The position numbers and the translations under genes were made by a program. Below, one piece after another: positions 18,218 through 28,461 of a DNA stretch of 40,698 nucleotides. The notes under the pieces are model-generated. The model saw only the letters and a program-made list of their open reading frames with translations. It ran no database searches and had not been told where the DNA came from. Source of the DNA: a candidate division WOR-3 bacterium (GTDB taxonomy: Bacteria; Hydrothermota; Tepidihabitantia; SM23-42; CAYGYG01); the NCBI GenBank assembly GCA_965648915.1, contig CBFGIV010000018.1, positions 1 through 40,698 of the forward strand, in the 5' to 3' direction. Each line of letters begins with the position of its first letter. The first letter of the stretch is position 1.

Positions 18218-20088
18218 TGTCGGTTTTTAATCTCTTCAATCTTCTTGCGTGCCCGTTCAATATTTATTTTTATATTAGGATAATCCGGGACCAAAGCCAT
18301 TGTCTTCTCCCAATATTCGAGGGCAAGTTCGAAATTGTTTTTTGTATAGGCCTCGATCCCGAGAAGGTAATAACGATCTGCATTCTGGGTATCTTTTTTG
18401 GGCAATTGATTTTCGATTTTGGCAAGATAGGTTCGAGCCACACTATTTTTTGGGTCAAGATTTATAACCAGTCTGAATAATTCCTCGGCTTTCTGGTAGT
18501 CACCCCGGGTGAATTGGATATTTCCTTCGTTGATGTATTTTTCAATTAGCCCAGTGATTGCCTGATTGATCTTTTCTCGATACTGGCGGAGGCGTGGATC
18601 ATCAGGATAATTCAGAACCATTTTTCCGATCAGGTTCTGGGCCTCCCGGTATTTTTCATTCTTGAGTAAGGCTTCGGCTCGGTTTATTACCGCATTAATC
18701 TCTTCGTTGATTTTGGCTTTAACCTTGTTAATATAGTTAATAATATTCTGGTTGTTAGGTTCAGCGGATAAGGCCTTTTCCCACTCTTTCAGTGCCTTAC
18801 TGTATTCACCCCGGGTAAAGTAGGAAAGGCCGGTGTTAAAGACAGCTACTACGGCCGAGGACCCGGATGGAGCAGCAGTGTTCAGTATTCTCTCAGCCTC
18901 GGCTTTTAAGTATTGGGCATCGGCATTCTGAGGAGATAGTTCTAATACCCGGCTGAAGTAGAAGATTGCTTCAGGATAATTACGCTTTTCATAATGACTC
19001 TTGCCCTGTCTTAATAAAGAGTCGATCCGATATAATTCATCTTCTTTTTTGACCTTATCAGTCCACAGACGGGCATCATTATTCAATGGATCCCAGATCA
19101 AGGCGAAATCAAAATAGTTCATAGCCTCGCTTCTTTTGCCCTGCTGGTAAGCGGTAATTCCCTGTTGCAGATAGAAATTGCTCATCATCTTCTCTTTTTT
19201 CTTAATTTCCTCGCTGGCTGCTTTTTTGGATGCGAAGGTATAAATAATTGCCACCCGGTGGGTATTTCCCAGATAGTCATAAGGTGTAAATGTGTAGTCG
19301 AGCATAAAATCTTTAATTCTGAGACCAAATCCAGAAGCAATGCCGGCGTATTTGCTCCAATGATAAAAATCTGATCGATAACCGACCCGGACCGAAAGGA
19401 TTTTTAAAAAGGTATATTCGATACCACTACGAATTGACAAATTTTCTCTGTATGGATAGATAAGATCTGAGGTTAGTATCAGGGGGCTAAAGGGATGAAG
19501 ATTGACACCGAACCTGATCAGGATGGGGAGATTGGAGGAGGTATGGAAAATTTTGGGACCGAGATTTTGTGTTGAAAAGCCTATGCCCAGCCGCTCTTTC
19601 GTAAATTGTGCACCAAGATCGAGACCAATCCCCTCAAGATGGGAATTCTCAATACGGGAATAGATCCCGTGGAGAAAGCCCCCTGATTTTATTTGCCTAA
19701 AATCTCTTGAATAGTTGATCCCGCCATCGATAAATTGGGCATTATAGTATTGTCCCCGCCAATCCCAGGGGTTGGTTTCTTCTCTTAATTCAATCTGTGA
19801 GACATAGAGCCCCCTGAGACCAAAACCCAGAATTCCAAATCCCAAAGGGGCAGCAAATGTAATATTGCCAAATCTTATATCCTGAAGCCATTCAGCATAG
19901 GTGGCTCCAAACTGAGGATTTCTAAGGATTGCAGTACCGGCGGGATTATAGTACATCTCAAAGATACCTCCAGCAAATGCCACATAAGATTCACCCAGGG
20001 CAGTTGCTCGACCTCCCTGACCGAGCCTGAGGAACTCAAAACCAGGCTGATACTGAGTGATGAGATATATGAACCACAATAACTTCAT
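18214..20088 (-). CDS. PorV/PorQ-like outer-membrane beta-barrel fused to a C-terminal TPR array
   Basis: GGRATALGESYVA...YYNPAG, alternating beta strands up to THRVAIIYTF, then repeated TPR motifs (VLELSPQN, ALSAEPNN, VINLDPKN). Confidence 0.8.
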   Translation of the reverse strand: MKLLWFIYLITQYQPGFEFLRLGQGGRATALGESYVAFAGGIFEMYYNPAGTAILRNPQFGATYAEWLQDIRFGNITFAAPLGFGILGFGLRGLYVSQIELREETNPWDWRGQYYNAQFIDGGINYSRDFRQIKSGGFLHGIYSRIENSHLEGIGLDLGAQFTKERLGIGFSTQNLGPKIFHTSSNLPILIRFGVNLHPFSPLILTSDLIYPYRENLSIRSGIEYTFLKILSVRVGYRSDFYHWSKYAGIASGFGLRIKDFMLDYTFTPYDYLGNTHRVAIIYTFASKKAASEEIKKKEKMMSNFYLQQGITAYQQGKRSEAMNYFDFALIWDPLNNDARLWTDKVKKEDELYRIDSLLRQGKSHYEKRNYPEAIFYFSRVLELSPQNADAQYLKAEAERILNTAAPSGSSAVVAVFNTGLSYFTRGEYSKALKEWEKALSAEPNNQNIINYINKVKAKINEEINAVINRAEALLKNEKYREAQNLIGKMVLNYPDDPRLRQYREKINQAITGLIEKYINEGNIQFTRGDYQKAEELFRLVINLDPKNSVARTYLAKIENQLPKKDTQNADRYYLLGIEAYTKNNFELALEYWEKTMALVPDYPNIKINIERARKKIEEIKNRQ

Positions 20089-23000
20089 CGGATCACACCA
20101 AATTTTTTGATGATACTGGCTTTCTCATTTGAATCGACACCACGGGCATAAATACGGAAGAGGTAAATATCGGTTCCCATTCGGCCCAATTCCATCCTTT
20201 CCTGATGAATTGTCCCGCCCGCATAAATCCGCGGTGTCTCAGGTAGAGTTGCAATTCGGCGCCCTGAGATTGCGAAGACTTCGATTTTCACCTCGGCGTT
20301 TTGATTAATATAGAACATAAAATTGATATAATCTTTTCGCGTCGGATTGGGGAAGGCGAAGACCGAATCTGGAGGCAATAAAGTTCCCCTGGTTTTAATG
20401 ACGATGCCCTTTTCCTTAATCCCTGTATTCCCCGCCTGATCAGTGCCGGTAACCTTGATTTTGCCTGAACCAATTGTGAGGCCAGAAACGAGTATTGAAC
20501 CCGTGTAATCAAAAGGCAGGACGGTTGTTGTATCTTCTCGGACGGTGACGAGAATCGATTCGTTCTTGCTACTAAAAATTTGAACCCGGGGGATCTCTCT
20601 CAACAATTCATCGCTCACAACATAGAGGGCAAGACTTTCTCCAAGGGATACGGTATCCCGGACCGATATTGTGAAATCGGGAGGTGTAATGTCAGAAATA
20701 TTTGCAACCCTCTTAAATCTTACATTGAAAGGAGGAATGGCGCGCTCGGTCCATACCACCTCACCGGTCCTGGAGATATGCGGATACCTTGCCCGGGCAG
20801 TATCGCTGAAGATAGTTCTCGCCACCCAGCCCAATTGATGATCATAACTTCTCAGTAAAATCCGATTCGTATCCTCTTCCCAGATAACATAAAGATTTGC
20901 TGATGAATCGACTGCGATTGAGGGGAAATCGGTTTTATGCACACTATCAGATATCCCTATCGTCAATGAATCCCAGCCGGAAAGACGGTCATATTTTTTA
21001 TAAAGCAGAATGGATGTTGCTGAATTGAGAGAATCGAGCCAGACCAGGTAGAGATTATCAGATGGGTCGGCAACTGCTGAAGGGGAGAGTGATTTTCCTG
21101 ATGTGCTGGTTATTTGAACTGAAGTGCTCCAACCTCCGGAAATATACTTTCTCTTTCGATAGATTTCATATCCATTGCCCGGCACACTATCTGCCCAGAA
21201 GACCCAGAGGCTGTCAGATTGATCACAGATAATGGAGGGGGTGCGCGAGTCCGTCGCATTGACTGAGATATTGGTCGGGGCGGGATCCCATATACCATTA
21301 GCCCGCATTCGATAATATATCTCGCCGGGGCTACCGAACGGATGGTGTTCCCAGACCAGATGCTGAAAACCAAAATGGTCGGTAGTAAATACCGGTCGGA
21401 AGGCATTACTATCAGCCACGATCTCAGGAGCGGGCAACCATTGAGCAAAACGACCTCGTTGATAACAGATCGAGGTCTGAAGGTTATGAAGTTCTATCCA
21501 GGCGACATGAACAGTATCATTGATATCGACGGCAATGGTAGGGGTTTGGGAGACTTGATTCTTAGTATTGGAGAGATCGATCGGTATTGCCCAGGTTGCC
21601 CCATTATCGGTTGAATAGGTATAGAAGATCTCACTCTGAACCGGTCCCAGGTTTGGATAGGTCACATAAACCGTATGGAGGATACCGTTCTTATCACGCA
21701 CGATCTTGTCCCCATTACCGAGGGCGGTGGCAAAGATGTTGCCACTGACCATTGGTCGAGCATTAACGATAATATTTCTTTCAATGGAGTCGATATTGCC
21801 AAGGTTGTCCTGAGCAATAAGATTGATCTTAAAGATTCGATTCGGGACTTTTCTCCCATTTAAATCAAAACCGTCCCAGAAGAAATTGCCGGTCGGTTCA
21901 CCCAGGCCCGAAAGAGAGAAGACCAGTAAGGTATCCTGGCGGATCCTGACCCACCATTGCGCAATCCGGCTTGTATCGGTGGCACTGAGTGTAAAATTAA
22001 GAAAATCATCAACGGTATCTCCATCCGGGCTGAAGATTGAATCGGGTTGAAAGACGATCGCCAGACCGGGTCGGGAAGTATCGGTATAGACGAAGACACC
22101 ATTGGGCGTCCCGACATACATTGAATGGTTAGGGGTTACAATTTCGGAGCAGATAATCTGCTGGCTGGTCAGGTTGCGATTGAAAGAGAAGAAGCGGTGC
22201 AGACTGTCGACGGAGAGGAGAACCCCACGATTTAAAGTTCCAAGCAGTACCTGATACGGAATGGCACCGGTCGATATTGTTACTATTGAATCACGGATAT
22301 TGGTGTTTAGCCATAAATTTCCTCCGTTCGATGTCTTGTAGACTCCACTATTGTTTGTTGAAAAACTTGTATAGAGAAGAGAACTATAGGAACGGTCAGC
22401 TTCGATCTCAAAGGTTTTAATCGTGAGGGGGAGGCCCGTGCTTGCCAGGATAAAGTTTCTCCCGCCATCATTACTCTTATAGATCCTTCCGGTTGTTGCT
22501 GCATAGACGATCTGATCGTTGTTTAGATCGATGCAGATGTCATAGACCGGTAATCTGGGGATTGATTGGCTACGAGACCAGGTCTGGCCGAAATTGATAC
22601 TACGGTAGAACCCGGAGTCGGTTCCGGCAAAGACGGTTGCCGGAACCACCGAATCGATGGCAAGAGAGTTAATTGCTCCACAGTTGACGATTGTATCGAC
22701 AAAGATATTGCGCCAGTTCCTACCGCCATCAGTCGTGATATAGACCATGTCGAACATTGTGCCGGCAATAATATTGTTTGGATTATTTCGATTTACCGCC
22801 AGGGAGAAAAATAGTGGGAATTGAGGCACGGAATCAGTCCTGCTCCAGGAAGCACCATTGTTAAGGCTTTTAAATAACCCACCACCAAGACTGGTAGCTA
22901 ATATAAGTCCGCCCGAGAGCGCCTCAATATCAGTTATGTACTGGGCATTTAAGCCGGAGGCGTCCTCAAACCACATATTCCCCTGATTTGTTGAAAAGAA

Positions 23001-23897
23001 GAATCCACCTGAGGTTGTTGCATAGAGCTCGCTACTTGAGGGCGTAAACATATCGGTAACAACAGTATAAAATAGCCCGTTGTTTAATTGACTGAGCCCG
23101 CCGGGGTTGTCAACGGTCGAACGCCAGATACCCGCACCAGAAGTTGCTACATAAATAGTGTCGCGGGTATAATCTAAACGAGCCACGCCGATGTTTCTGA
23201 GTATTGTCGGTTGCCAGGAATTGCCGAGGTCCGTACTAAAAAAGAGACCAATATTGGTTGCTGCATAAAAATACGGGATACTCTGTTTTGAAATTATGGC
23301 CAGGTCATTGATAAAATTGGCCGGCTGATTAGCACGCCGTATCCAGGTGCGACCTTGATCTGAGCTGTAGTATATGCCTCGATATTTTGTGCCACAGAAG
23401 GTATGTGTATCCCGGAGTGTTGTAAAACAGGTAACCCCGGACATCGTATCGACCATTTGCCAATTGATGCCCCGGTTGCTCGAACGAAAAATGCCCCTTT
23501 CCGTCCCCACCAGCATGAAATTCGGGAAACTTGTATAGGCGAAGATGGCATTGACTGAGACCGGTGGAATATTGGAATTAGCAAACCAGTTGTTGCCGCC
23601 GTTGAATGTGAAAAATAGGCCGTAGTCTTCACTCCCAGCCAGGATTGTGTCGCCGTTCAGGGATTTTAATGCAATGATCGATAGCGGTTCAATTCCACTA
23701 TTGGCTGGTTGCCATTGGCCGCTAAACCGGACTTTTCTATAGACGCCACTCCCGACTGTCCCCACATAAAGATAATTACTATGCGAATTGAACTCGATAC
23801 ATTTTAAGAATCCACCCAGCGGACCATTTGAAGTCCAGGCCTCGTCTCCACGATATGCGAAGTTCAGGATAATGAGAATGATGGTAAAGAGATCCAT
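20085..23897 (-). CDS. Large secreted protein: BNR/Vps10-like beta-propellers, internal FlgD-Ig-like domain, T9SS-like C-terminal domain
   Basis: Many S/T-x-D/N-x-G-x-x-W Asp-box repeats; FSPDGD...FFWDGFD; C-terminal FAFPNPTR...VFAISGRRI...IYLFRI. Confidence 0.8.
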   Translation of the reverse strand: MDLFTIILIILNFAYRGDEAWTSNGPLGGFLKCIEFNSHSNYLYVGTVGSGVYRKVRFSGQWQPANSGIEPLSIIALKSLNGDTILAGSEDYGLFFTFNGGNNWFANSNIPPVSVNAIFAYTSFPNFMLVGTERGIFRSSNRGINWQMVDTMSGVTCFTTLRDTHTFCGTKYRGIYYSSDQGRTWIRRANQPANFINDLAIISKQSIPYFYAATNIGLFFSTDLGNSWQPTILRNIGVARLDYTRDTIYVATSGAGIWRSTVDNPGGLSQLNNGLFYTVVTDMFTPSSSELYATTSGGFFFSTNQGNMWFEDASGLNAQYITDIEALSGGLILATSLGGGLFKSLNNGASWSRTDSVPQFPLFFSLAVNRNNPNNIIAGTMFDMVYITTDGGRNWRNIFVDTIVNCGAINSLAIDSVVPATVFAGTDSGFYRSINFGQTWSRSQSIPRLPVYDICIDLNNDQIVYAATTGRIYKSNDGGRNFILASTGLPLTIKTFEIEADRSYSSLLYTSFSTNNSGVYKTSNGGNLWLNTNIRDSIVTISTGAIPYQVLLGTLNRGVLLSVDSLHRFFSFNRNLTSQQIICSEIVTPNHSMYVGTPNGVFVYTDTSRPGLAIVFQPDSIFSPDGDTVDDFLNFTLSATDTSRIAQWWVRIRQDTLLVFSLSGLGEPTGNFFWDGFDLNGRKVPNRIFKINLIAQDNLGNIDSIERNIIVNARPMVSGNIFATALGNGDKIVRDKNGILHTVYVTYPNLGPVQSEIFYTYSTDNGATWAIPIDLSNTKNQVSQTPTIAVDINDTVHVAWIELHNLQTSICYQRGRFAQWLPAPEIVADSNAFRPVFTTDHFGFQHLVWEHHPFGSPGEIYYRMRANGIWDPAPTNISVNATDSRTPSIICDQSDSLWVFWADSVPGNGYEIYRKRKYISGGWSTSVQITSTSGKSLSPSAVADPSDNLYLVWLDSLNSATSILLYKKYDRLSGWDSLTIGISDSVHKTDFPSIAVDSSANLYVIWEEDTNRILLRSYDHQLGWVARTIFSDTARARYPHISRTGEVVWTERAIPPFNVRFKRVANISDITPPDFTISVRDTVSLGESLALYVVSDELLREIPRVQIFSSKNESILVTVREDTTTVLPFDYTGSILVSGLTIGSGKIKVTGTDQAGNTGIKEKGIVIKTRGTLLPPDSVFAFPNPTRKDYINFMFYINQNAEVKIEVFAISGRRIATLPETPRIYAGGTIHQERMELGRMGTDIYLFRIYARGVDSNEKASIIKKFGVIR

Positions 23898-23965
23898 AAA
23901 ATTTCTAAAGATTTAACCCCTGTCGCCAAAGACATAAGGATCAAAAACAGAATCACCCGCCATTC

Positions 23966-25192
23966 CTATATCACAATCTTCTCCAAGACCAGATTCCCTT
24001 CTTTAAATCTCCTCATCGAAAGGCAGGCGGCATCGATTGTCTTATATCCACCAAAATTTATCAGTTCTGAGACACACTTGCCAACCGCTGGACCTTCCAT
24101 TGAGCCGTGGCCCGAAAATCCTACGGCCAGAAAGAGATTTTTTATTCTTATGTGCTCACCGAGGATCGCATTGTGATCCTTATAATTGTCGTCATAAAGT
24201 CCGGCCCACATCGATTTTACATTGCAGTATTCGGTCCCGGGTATCCGTTCCTGCATATATGGGTTGGTCTCATCTTTATACCAGGATAGTTCAGCGGTTG
24301 TATCAAACCCCGGTGCCTGACTCTTGTTGGCATGACCGACCAGGAGGTTGCCGGCTTCGAAGCGGAAATAGATGCCCTTATCAATTATGGTCAGAGGAAT
24401 ATTCTCCCAGTTGCCGAAATCAGGTAGATTGGTAATAAAGAGCATTCTTTTGATCGGGTTGATCGGAAGATTGTCATCGCCCTCGAGCCCGGACTCCTTC
24501 AGGAGAGGAACAACCCAGGCACCGCAGGCGGCAATGACCTTTTCACAGTGGATCTGCGTTCGGTCGGTAAGTTCGATCCCGATGGTTCTTTCATCTTTAA
24601 TCAGGAGTCGCTTTACCTCGGTTTTTAACCTTAATTCAAATTGGTTGGCGAAGTTTTTCTTTGCCTGTTCGACATAACCCTTGGCAATGGCGGTGGGGTC
24701 GAAATATCCACAGTCTTCACCAAAGAGACCACCGACGATCTCTTCGAAGCCAATCATTTCGCGTAGATCCGGCGGAATGTGGGAGACACTGGTTTTAAGC
24801 CCTGGAATGATTTTTTCGATCTCTTCGGGTGTGAGCAATTTTACCCTTACACCGTTTCGATCCCACTCGGGTTTGAAATTTACAATTGTCTTCCAGGGTT
24901 GCGCATAGTAAGTAAAGAGATAACCTTTGGGTTCATAGCCGATTGAGATCCCGAAATCCTGTTTGAAAGTTTTAAATACTCCTATACTGTAGGTGGTCAA
25001 CTGCATATTGATTTCGGTTGACCAGATATTTCTGAATCCTCCTGCCCCCAGGGCGGTTGAACCTTCGGCAATCCCATCCAGTTTATCGATGATCAAAACT
25101 CTTCCCTTAAATCCATCATTTAAGAGGTTAAATAAGATACTCGTCCCGGTGATGCCGGCACCAATAATTACCAGATCAAAATCCTGTTGCAT
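23966..25192 (-). CDS. FAD-dependent amine/amino-acid oxidoreductase (DAO family; sarcosine oxidase beta / proline dehydrogenase beta-like), 408 aa
   Basis: IIGAGITG FAD motif, WAGLYD and GFSGHG. Start moved to ATG 25192 (GGAG RBS, downstream of a promoter). Confidence 0.88.
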   Translation of the reverse strand: MQQDFDLVIIGAGITGTSILFNLLNDGFKGRVLIIDKLDGIAEGSTALGAGGFRNIWSTEINMQLTTYSIGVFKTFKQDFGISIGYEPKGYLFTYYAQPWKTIVNFKPEWDRNGVRVKLLTPEEIEKIIPGLKTSVSHIPPDLREMIGFEEIVGGLFGEDCGYFDPTAIAKGYVEQAKKNFANQFELRLKTEVKRLLIKDERTIGIELTDRTQIHCEKVIAACGAWVVPLLKESGLEGDDNLPINPIKRMLFITNLPDFGNWENIPLTIIDKGIYFRFEAGNLLVGHANKSQAPGFDTTAELSWYKDETNPYMQERIPGTEYCNVKSMWAGLYDDNYKDHNAILGEHIRIKNLFLAVGFSGHGSMEGPAVGKCVSELINFGGYKTIDAACLSMRRFKEGNLVLEKIVI

Positions 25193-25208
25193 TTGATCTC
25201 CAGGGTTT

Positions 25209-25236
25209 ATTATAATTAAAGTTATCGTAATGTCAA
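25209..25236 (-). promoter_or_regulatory. Consensus promoter of the leftward operon
   Basis: Minus strand TTGACA-16 nt-TATAAT. Confidence 0.75.
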
Positions 25237-25247
25237 CATTTATCATC

Positions 25248-25275
25248 TTGACCTGGAACTAAAAATTAATATAAT
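25248..25275 (+). promoter_or_regulatory. Divergent promoter of the namZ-murU-amgK operon
   Basis: TTGACC-16 nt-TATAAT, back-to-back with the leftward promoter. Confidence 0.7.
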
Positions 25276-25278
25276 AAA

Positions 25279-26448
25279 GTGATTGTGGTTAAGATAGGTA
25301 TTGACGTCCTTGCCGAAAAAAGAGAGCGACAACTGAAAGGACTCCATCTCGGATTGATTGTCAATGGCTCATCAGTAAACTCTTTCTTAAAACCAACGAT
25401 TTTTATTCTGCAGGAAAAGGGGTACCGGATAACAAGTCTCTTTGCGCCGGAGCACGGTCTCTGGGGCGCACAGCAGGATCAGGTTAAAGAAGTCCATGGC
25501 TTTGATCCCGCCACTGGATTAAAGTTCTTCAGTCTTTACGGCCGGGTGAAAAAGCCAACCCCGGCAATGCTTGCCCGAATCGATGGATTGGTCTTTGATA
25601 TCCAGGATGTCGGTGCTCGATACTACACCTTTATCTGGACAATGGCCCTGGCGATGGAGGCCTGCTGTGAGGAGAAGAAAGTTTTTATTGTCCTCGATCG
25701 ACCAAACCCGATCAACGGTATCGACCTTGAAGGGCCGATGTTAGATAGTCGCTACAGGTCATTTGTCGGGCTCTATCCGATCCCGATAAGGCACGGGATG
25801 ACCGCAGGTGAAATAGCCCTTTTTATAAAAGAGAATTATCTTACCCGATTAGAGTTGACCGTGGTGAAGATGTCGGGCTGGAGGAGGAGGATGTGGTACG
25901 AAGAGACTAAACTTCCCTGGGTGATGCCTTCGCCTAATATGCCGAGTGTTGATACTGCTGTTGTTTATCCCGGCATCTGTCTCTTAGAAGGAACCAATAT
26001 ATCTGAGGGCCGCGGGACAACCCGTCCCTTTGAAATCTTTGGTGCACCATGGATCGATCCCTATCATTTAAAGGCGGCCCTTGAAAAAGAGGACCTCCCT
26101 GGTGTGATATTTCGTCCCCTCTATTTTAAACCAACTTTTCATAAGTATAAAAACCGCATCTGCGGTGGTCTTCAGATTTATGTAATTAATCGCTCACAGT
26201 TCAAGCCGGTTCTCACCGGCTTGGCAATACTAAGAACAGTAAGGAAACTCTACCCTGAGTCTTTTGCCTGGCGTGAACCACCCTATGAGGATGAGAAGGA
26301 GAAGTTACCTTTTGATATCCTTGTCGGGAATAGCAGTCTCCGGAAGAGTATCGAACAGAGCCAATCTCTCGCCGTGATTGAAGGCGAATGTCGAAGAGGG
26401 CTCAAAGAGTTTTTAAAGTTACGGCGTAAAGTTTTACTCTACGGGTGA
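25279..26448 (+). CDS. namZ: Exo-beta-N-acetylmuramidase NamZ (DUF1343) family; no signal peptide; start may be GTG 25285
   Basis: LFAPEHG, DIQDVGARYYTF, LDRPNP, RHGMTAGE, PSPNMP and SEGRGTTRPFE motifs. Confidence 0.9.
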   Translation: MIVVKIGIDVLAEKRERQLKGLHLGLIVNGSSVNSFLKPTIFILQEKGYRITSLFAPEHGLWGAQQDQVKEVHGFDPATGLKFFSLYGRVKKPTPAMLARIDGLVFDIQDVGARYYTFIWTMALAMEACCEEKKVFIVLDRPNPINGIDLEGPMLDSRYRSFVGLYPIPIRHGMTAGEIALFIKENYLTRLELTVVKMSGWRRRMWYEETKLPWVMPSPNMPSVDTAVVYPGICLLEGTNISEGRGTTRPFEIFGAPWIDPYHLKAALEKEDLPGVIFRPLYFKPTFHKYKNRICGGLQIYVINRSQFKPVLTGLAILRTVRKLYPESFAWREPPYEDEKEKLPFDILVGNSSLRKSIEQSQSLAVIEGECRRGLKEFLKLRRKVLLYG

Positions 26449-26457
26449 ACTGATCGG

Positions 26458-27393
26458 ATGCAGGTAATTATTCTCTCTGCTGGTTTTGGGACGAGACTCA
26501 GACCTTTGACCGATTACTTCCCTAAGGTTCTTTTGCCTGTGCTCAATCGACCATTGCTGATCAATACCTTCCGCTACCTCAAGAAATTTGGTGTCGATCG
26601 GGTCGCCATCAATACCCATCATCTTGCTGAGCAGATTGAGGATTTTATCCGAAATTCAGCATTGAAACTTGAGGTCTTTATAAATCGGGAAGAGAAGATT
26701 TTAGGGACCGCGGGTGGTGTTGGTGGACTAAGGGATTTCATTACCGAGGAAAATTTTATTATTTACAATGGAGATATTGTGACTAATATTAATATCGAAG
26801 ATGTCTTCCATTTCCATATGGATAAGAAAACCCTGATGACATTGGTCCTTCACGATAATAGCCGGTTCAATAAGGTAGCAGTCGATGATGAGGGTCGGGT
26901 CGTCGATATTGAAGGCCGGTTCGGGTTTTCATCTCCCGGCCGACCACTTTTTGCTTTTACCGGTATTGCGATTGCTCATAAAAGACTTTTTGATATGTTG
27001 AGGCCGGATGAGTTCAGGGATATGAAAGATGTGTGGATTGATATTATTAGAAATGAACCCGGTGCCCTGCGTGGTTTTATGGTTCGTGACCACTACTGGC
27101 TTGATATCGGAACTCCCCGGGACTATCTTGACCTCCATCGTGATATTCTGGTCTCAAAGAAAGAGATCCTGATCGATTTTGATCTACCCGAAGGTTCTGT
27201 CTTTATTGGAGCGAATACTTCAATTTCCGAAAAGGCCAGATTGAGCGGTTTTGTCAGCATCGGTAATAATTGCAGGCTTGATGAATGCAAAATTGAAAAT
27301 TGTGTGGTTTTGAACAATACCCATATCCGTTCAGGCCGGAGCTTGAGAGACAGTATTATTGGCCCTACGTTTTTAATCGAGGTAAAAGTTTAA
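26458..27393 (+). CDS. Sugar-1-phosphate nucleotidyltransferase, MurU-like (MurNAc-alpha-1-P uridylyltransferase)
   Basis: SAGFGTRLRPLT...PK, LGTAGG, YNGD and WLDIGTP motifs; adjacent to an AmgK-like kinase. Confidence 0.8.
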   Translation: MQVIILSAGFGTRLRPLTDYFPKVLLPVLNRPLLINTFRYLKKFGVDRVAINTHHLAEQIEDFIRNSALKLEVFINREEKILGTAGGVGGLRDFITEENFIIYNGDIVTNINIEDVFHFHMDKKTLMTLVLHDNSRFNKVAVDDEGRVVDIEGRFGFSSPGRPLFAFTGIAIAHKRLFDMLRPDEFRDMKDVWIDIIRNEPGALRGFMVRDHYWLDIGTPRDYLDLHRDILVSKKEILIDFDLPEGSVFIGANTSISEKARLSGFVSIGNNCRLDECKIENCVVLNNTHIRSGRSLRDSIIGPTFLIEVKV

Positions 27394-28445
27394 TGAAAGA
27401 AGATGAACTTGTGCAGATCATCGAGACTCTGCCTGAGAAGTACCGGCCTTCCCGGGATGCGAAATTGGAGAGGCTGCCCGGCGGTTCGGACCGGAGATTT
27501 GTAAGAATCAATGATCAGGGCCAGACAATGATTCTCTTGATCTCTGATCCGGTTGATAAGGAATTTAATTACTATATTCAGATTCAGCAATTTCTCTATA
27601 AAAAGGGTCTCGGTGTTCCGGAAATATATTATAAAGATGAAGGGAGCCGAATTATTCTGATGGAAGATGTCGGAGATAATTCGGTTGAGTATCTGGCCCG
27701 GGAAGTTCTCAAGGGCGAGGAGATTGCAAAATTATACAAAGGGGTTCTTATATTTCTGGCCGAATTGCAGATCGAAGGTTATCGCGGATATGAGGATTGC
27801 CCAGCAATTAAGGAGCGGATCTTCGACTACGCGATGTTACGCGGAGAGACCGACTATTTTAAAGAATATTTTCTGGAAAAATTCTGCCGCATTGATTCTT
27901 CCCGCAACCGGGGGGTCGAAAAGGAATTTGAATTTTTAGCCCGGACCTTAAGTAAAGAGCCATGTTATTTTATGCACCGGGATTTTCAGTCCCAGAATAT
28001 TTTCATCAAGGATGGGAGAGTTAGGATTGTTGACTTTCAGAGCGCCCGGCAGGGGTTGCTGACTTATGATCTGGCTGCAGTCCTAAAGGACGCCTATGTT
28101 GTTCTCAGCGATGATGTCCGAATGATGCTGGTCAATTATTATCTTACTTATCTGGAGAAGATAAAGGGCTTGAAACTGGACCGGGAAAAGTTTCAATATC
28201 TATTCTACCTGACCGGTCTTCAACGCAATATGCAGGCCCTGGCTGCATTCGCTTATCTCTCAACGGTTAAAGGAAAGACCCGCTATATTCGCTATATCCC
28301 GGCCGGGGTCAGGTATCTCCAGGAAGCCTTGAGCCTGGATGCAGGGAAGCAATTTGCCAGATTGAAGAGAGTCTTAGAAGAAGATGTGCAGAAATTCCTG
28401 AGAAGCGATCAGGGTGTCCCGATGGCCGGGGATGGATCTCGGTGA
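27393..28445 (+). CDS. APH-fold phosphotransferase, AmgK-like anomeric MurNAc/GlcNAc kinase (350 aa)
   Basis: GGSDRRFVR, LMEDVG, HRDFQSQN, VDFQSA and LQRNMQAL motifs; TAATG overlap with the upstream stop. Confidence 0.82.
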   Translation: MKEDELVQIIETLPEKYRPSRDAKLERLPGGSDRRFVRINDQGQTMILLISDPVDKEFNYYIQIQQFLYKKGLGVPEIYYKDEGSRIILMEDVGDNSVEYLAREVLKGEEIAKLYKGVLIFLAELQIEGYRGYEDCPAIKERIFDYAMLRGETDYFKEYFLEKFCRIDSSRNRGVEKEFEFLARTLSKEPCYFMHRDFQSQNIFIKDGRVRIVDFQSARQGLLTYDLAAVLKDAYVVLSDDVRMMLVNYYLTYLEKIKGLKLDREKFQYLFYLTGLQRNMQALAAFAYLSTVKGKTRYIRYIPAGVRYLQEALSLDAGKQFARLKRVLEEDVQKFLRSDQGVPMAGDGSR

Positions 28446-28461
28446 AATTAAAGGAGGTGTT

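Noticed and set aside
23898..23965. Short ORFs in the spacer, one reading like a signal peptide (VILFLILMSLATG)
   Set aside because: Too short, no RBS, and the downstream gene already has its own hydrophobic N-terminus.
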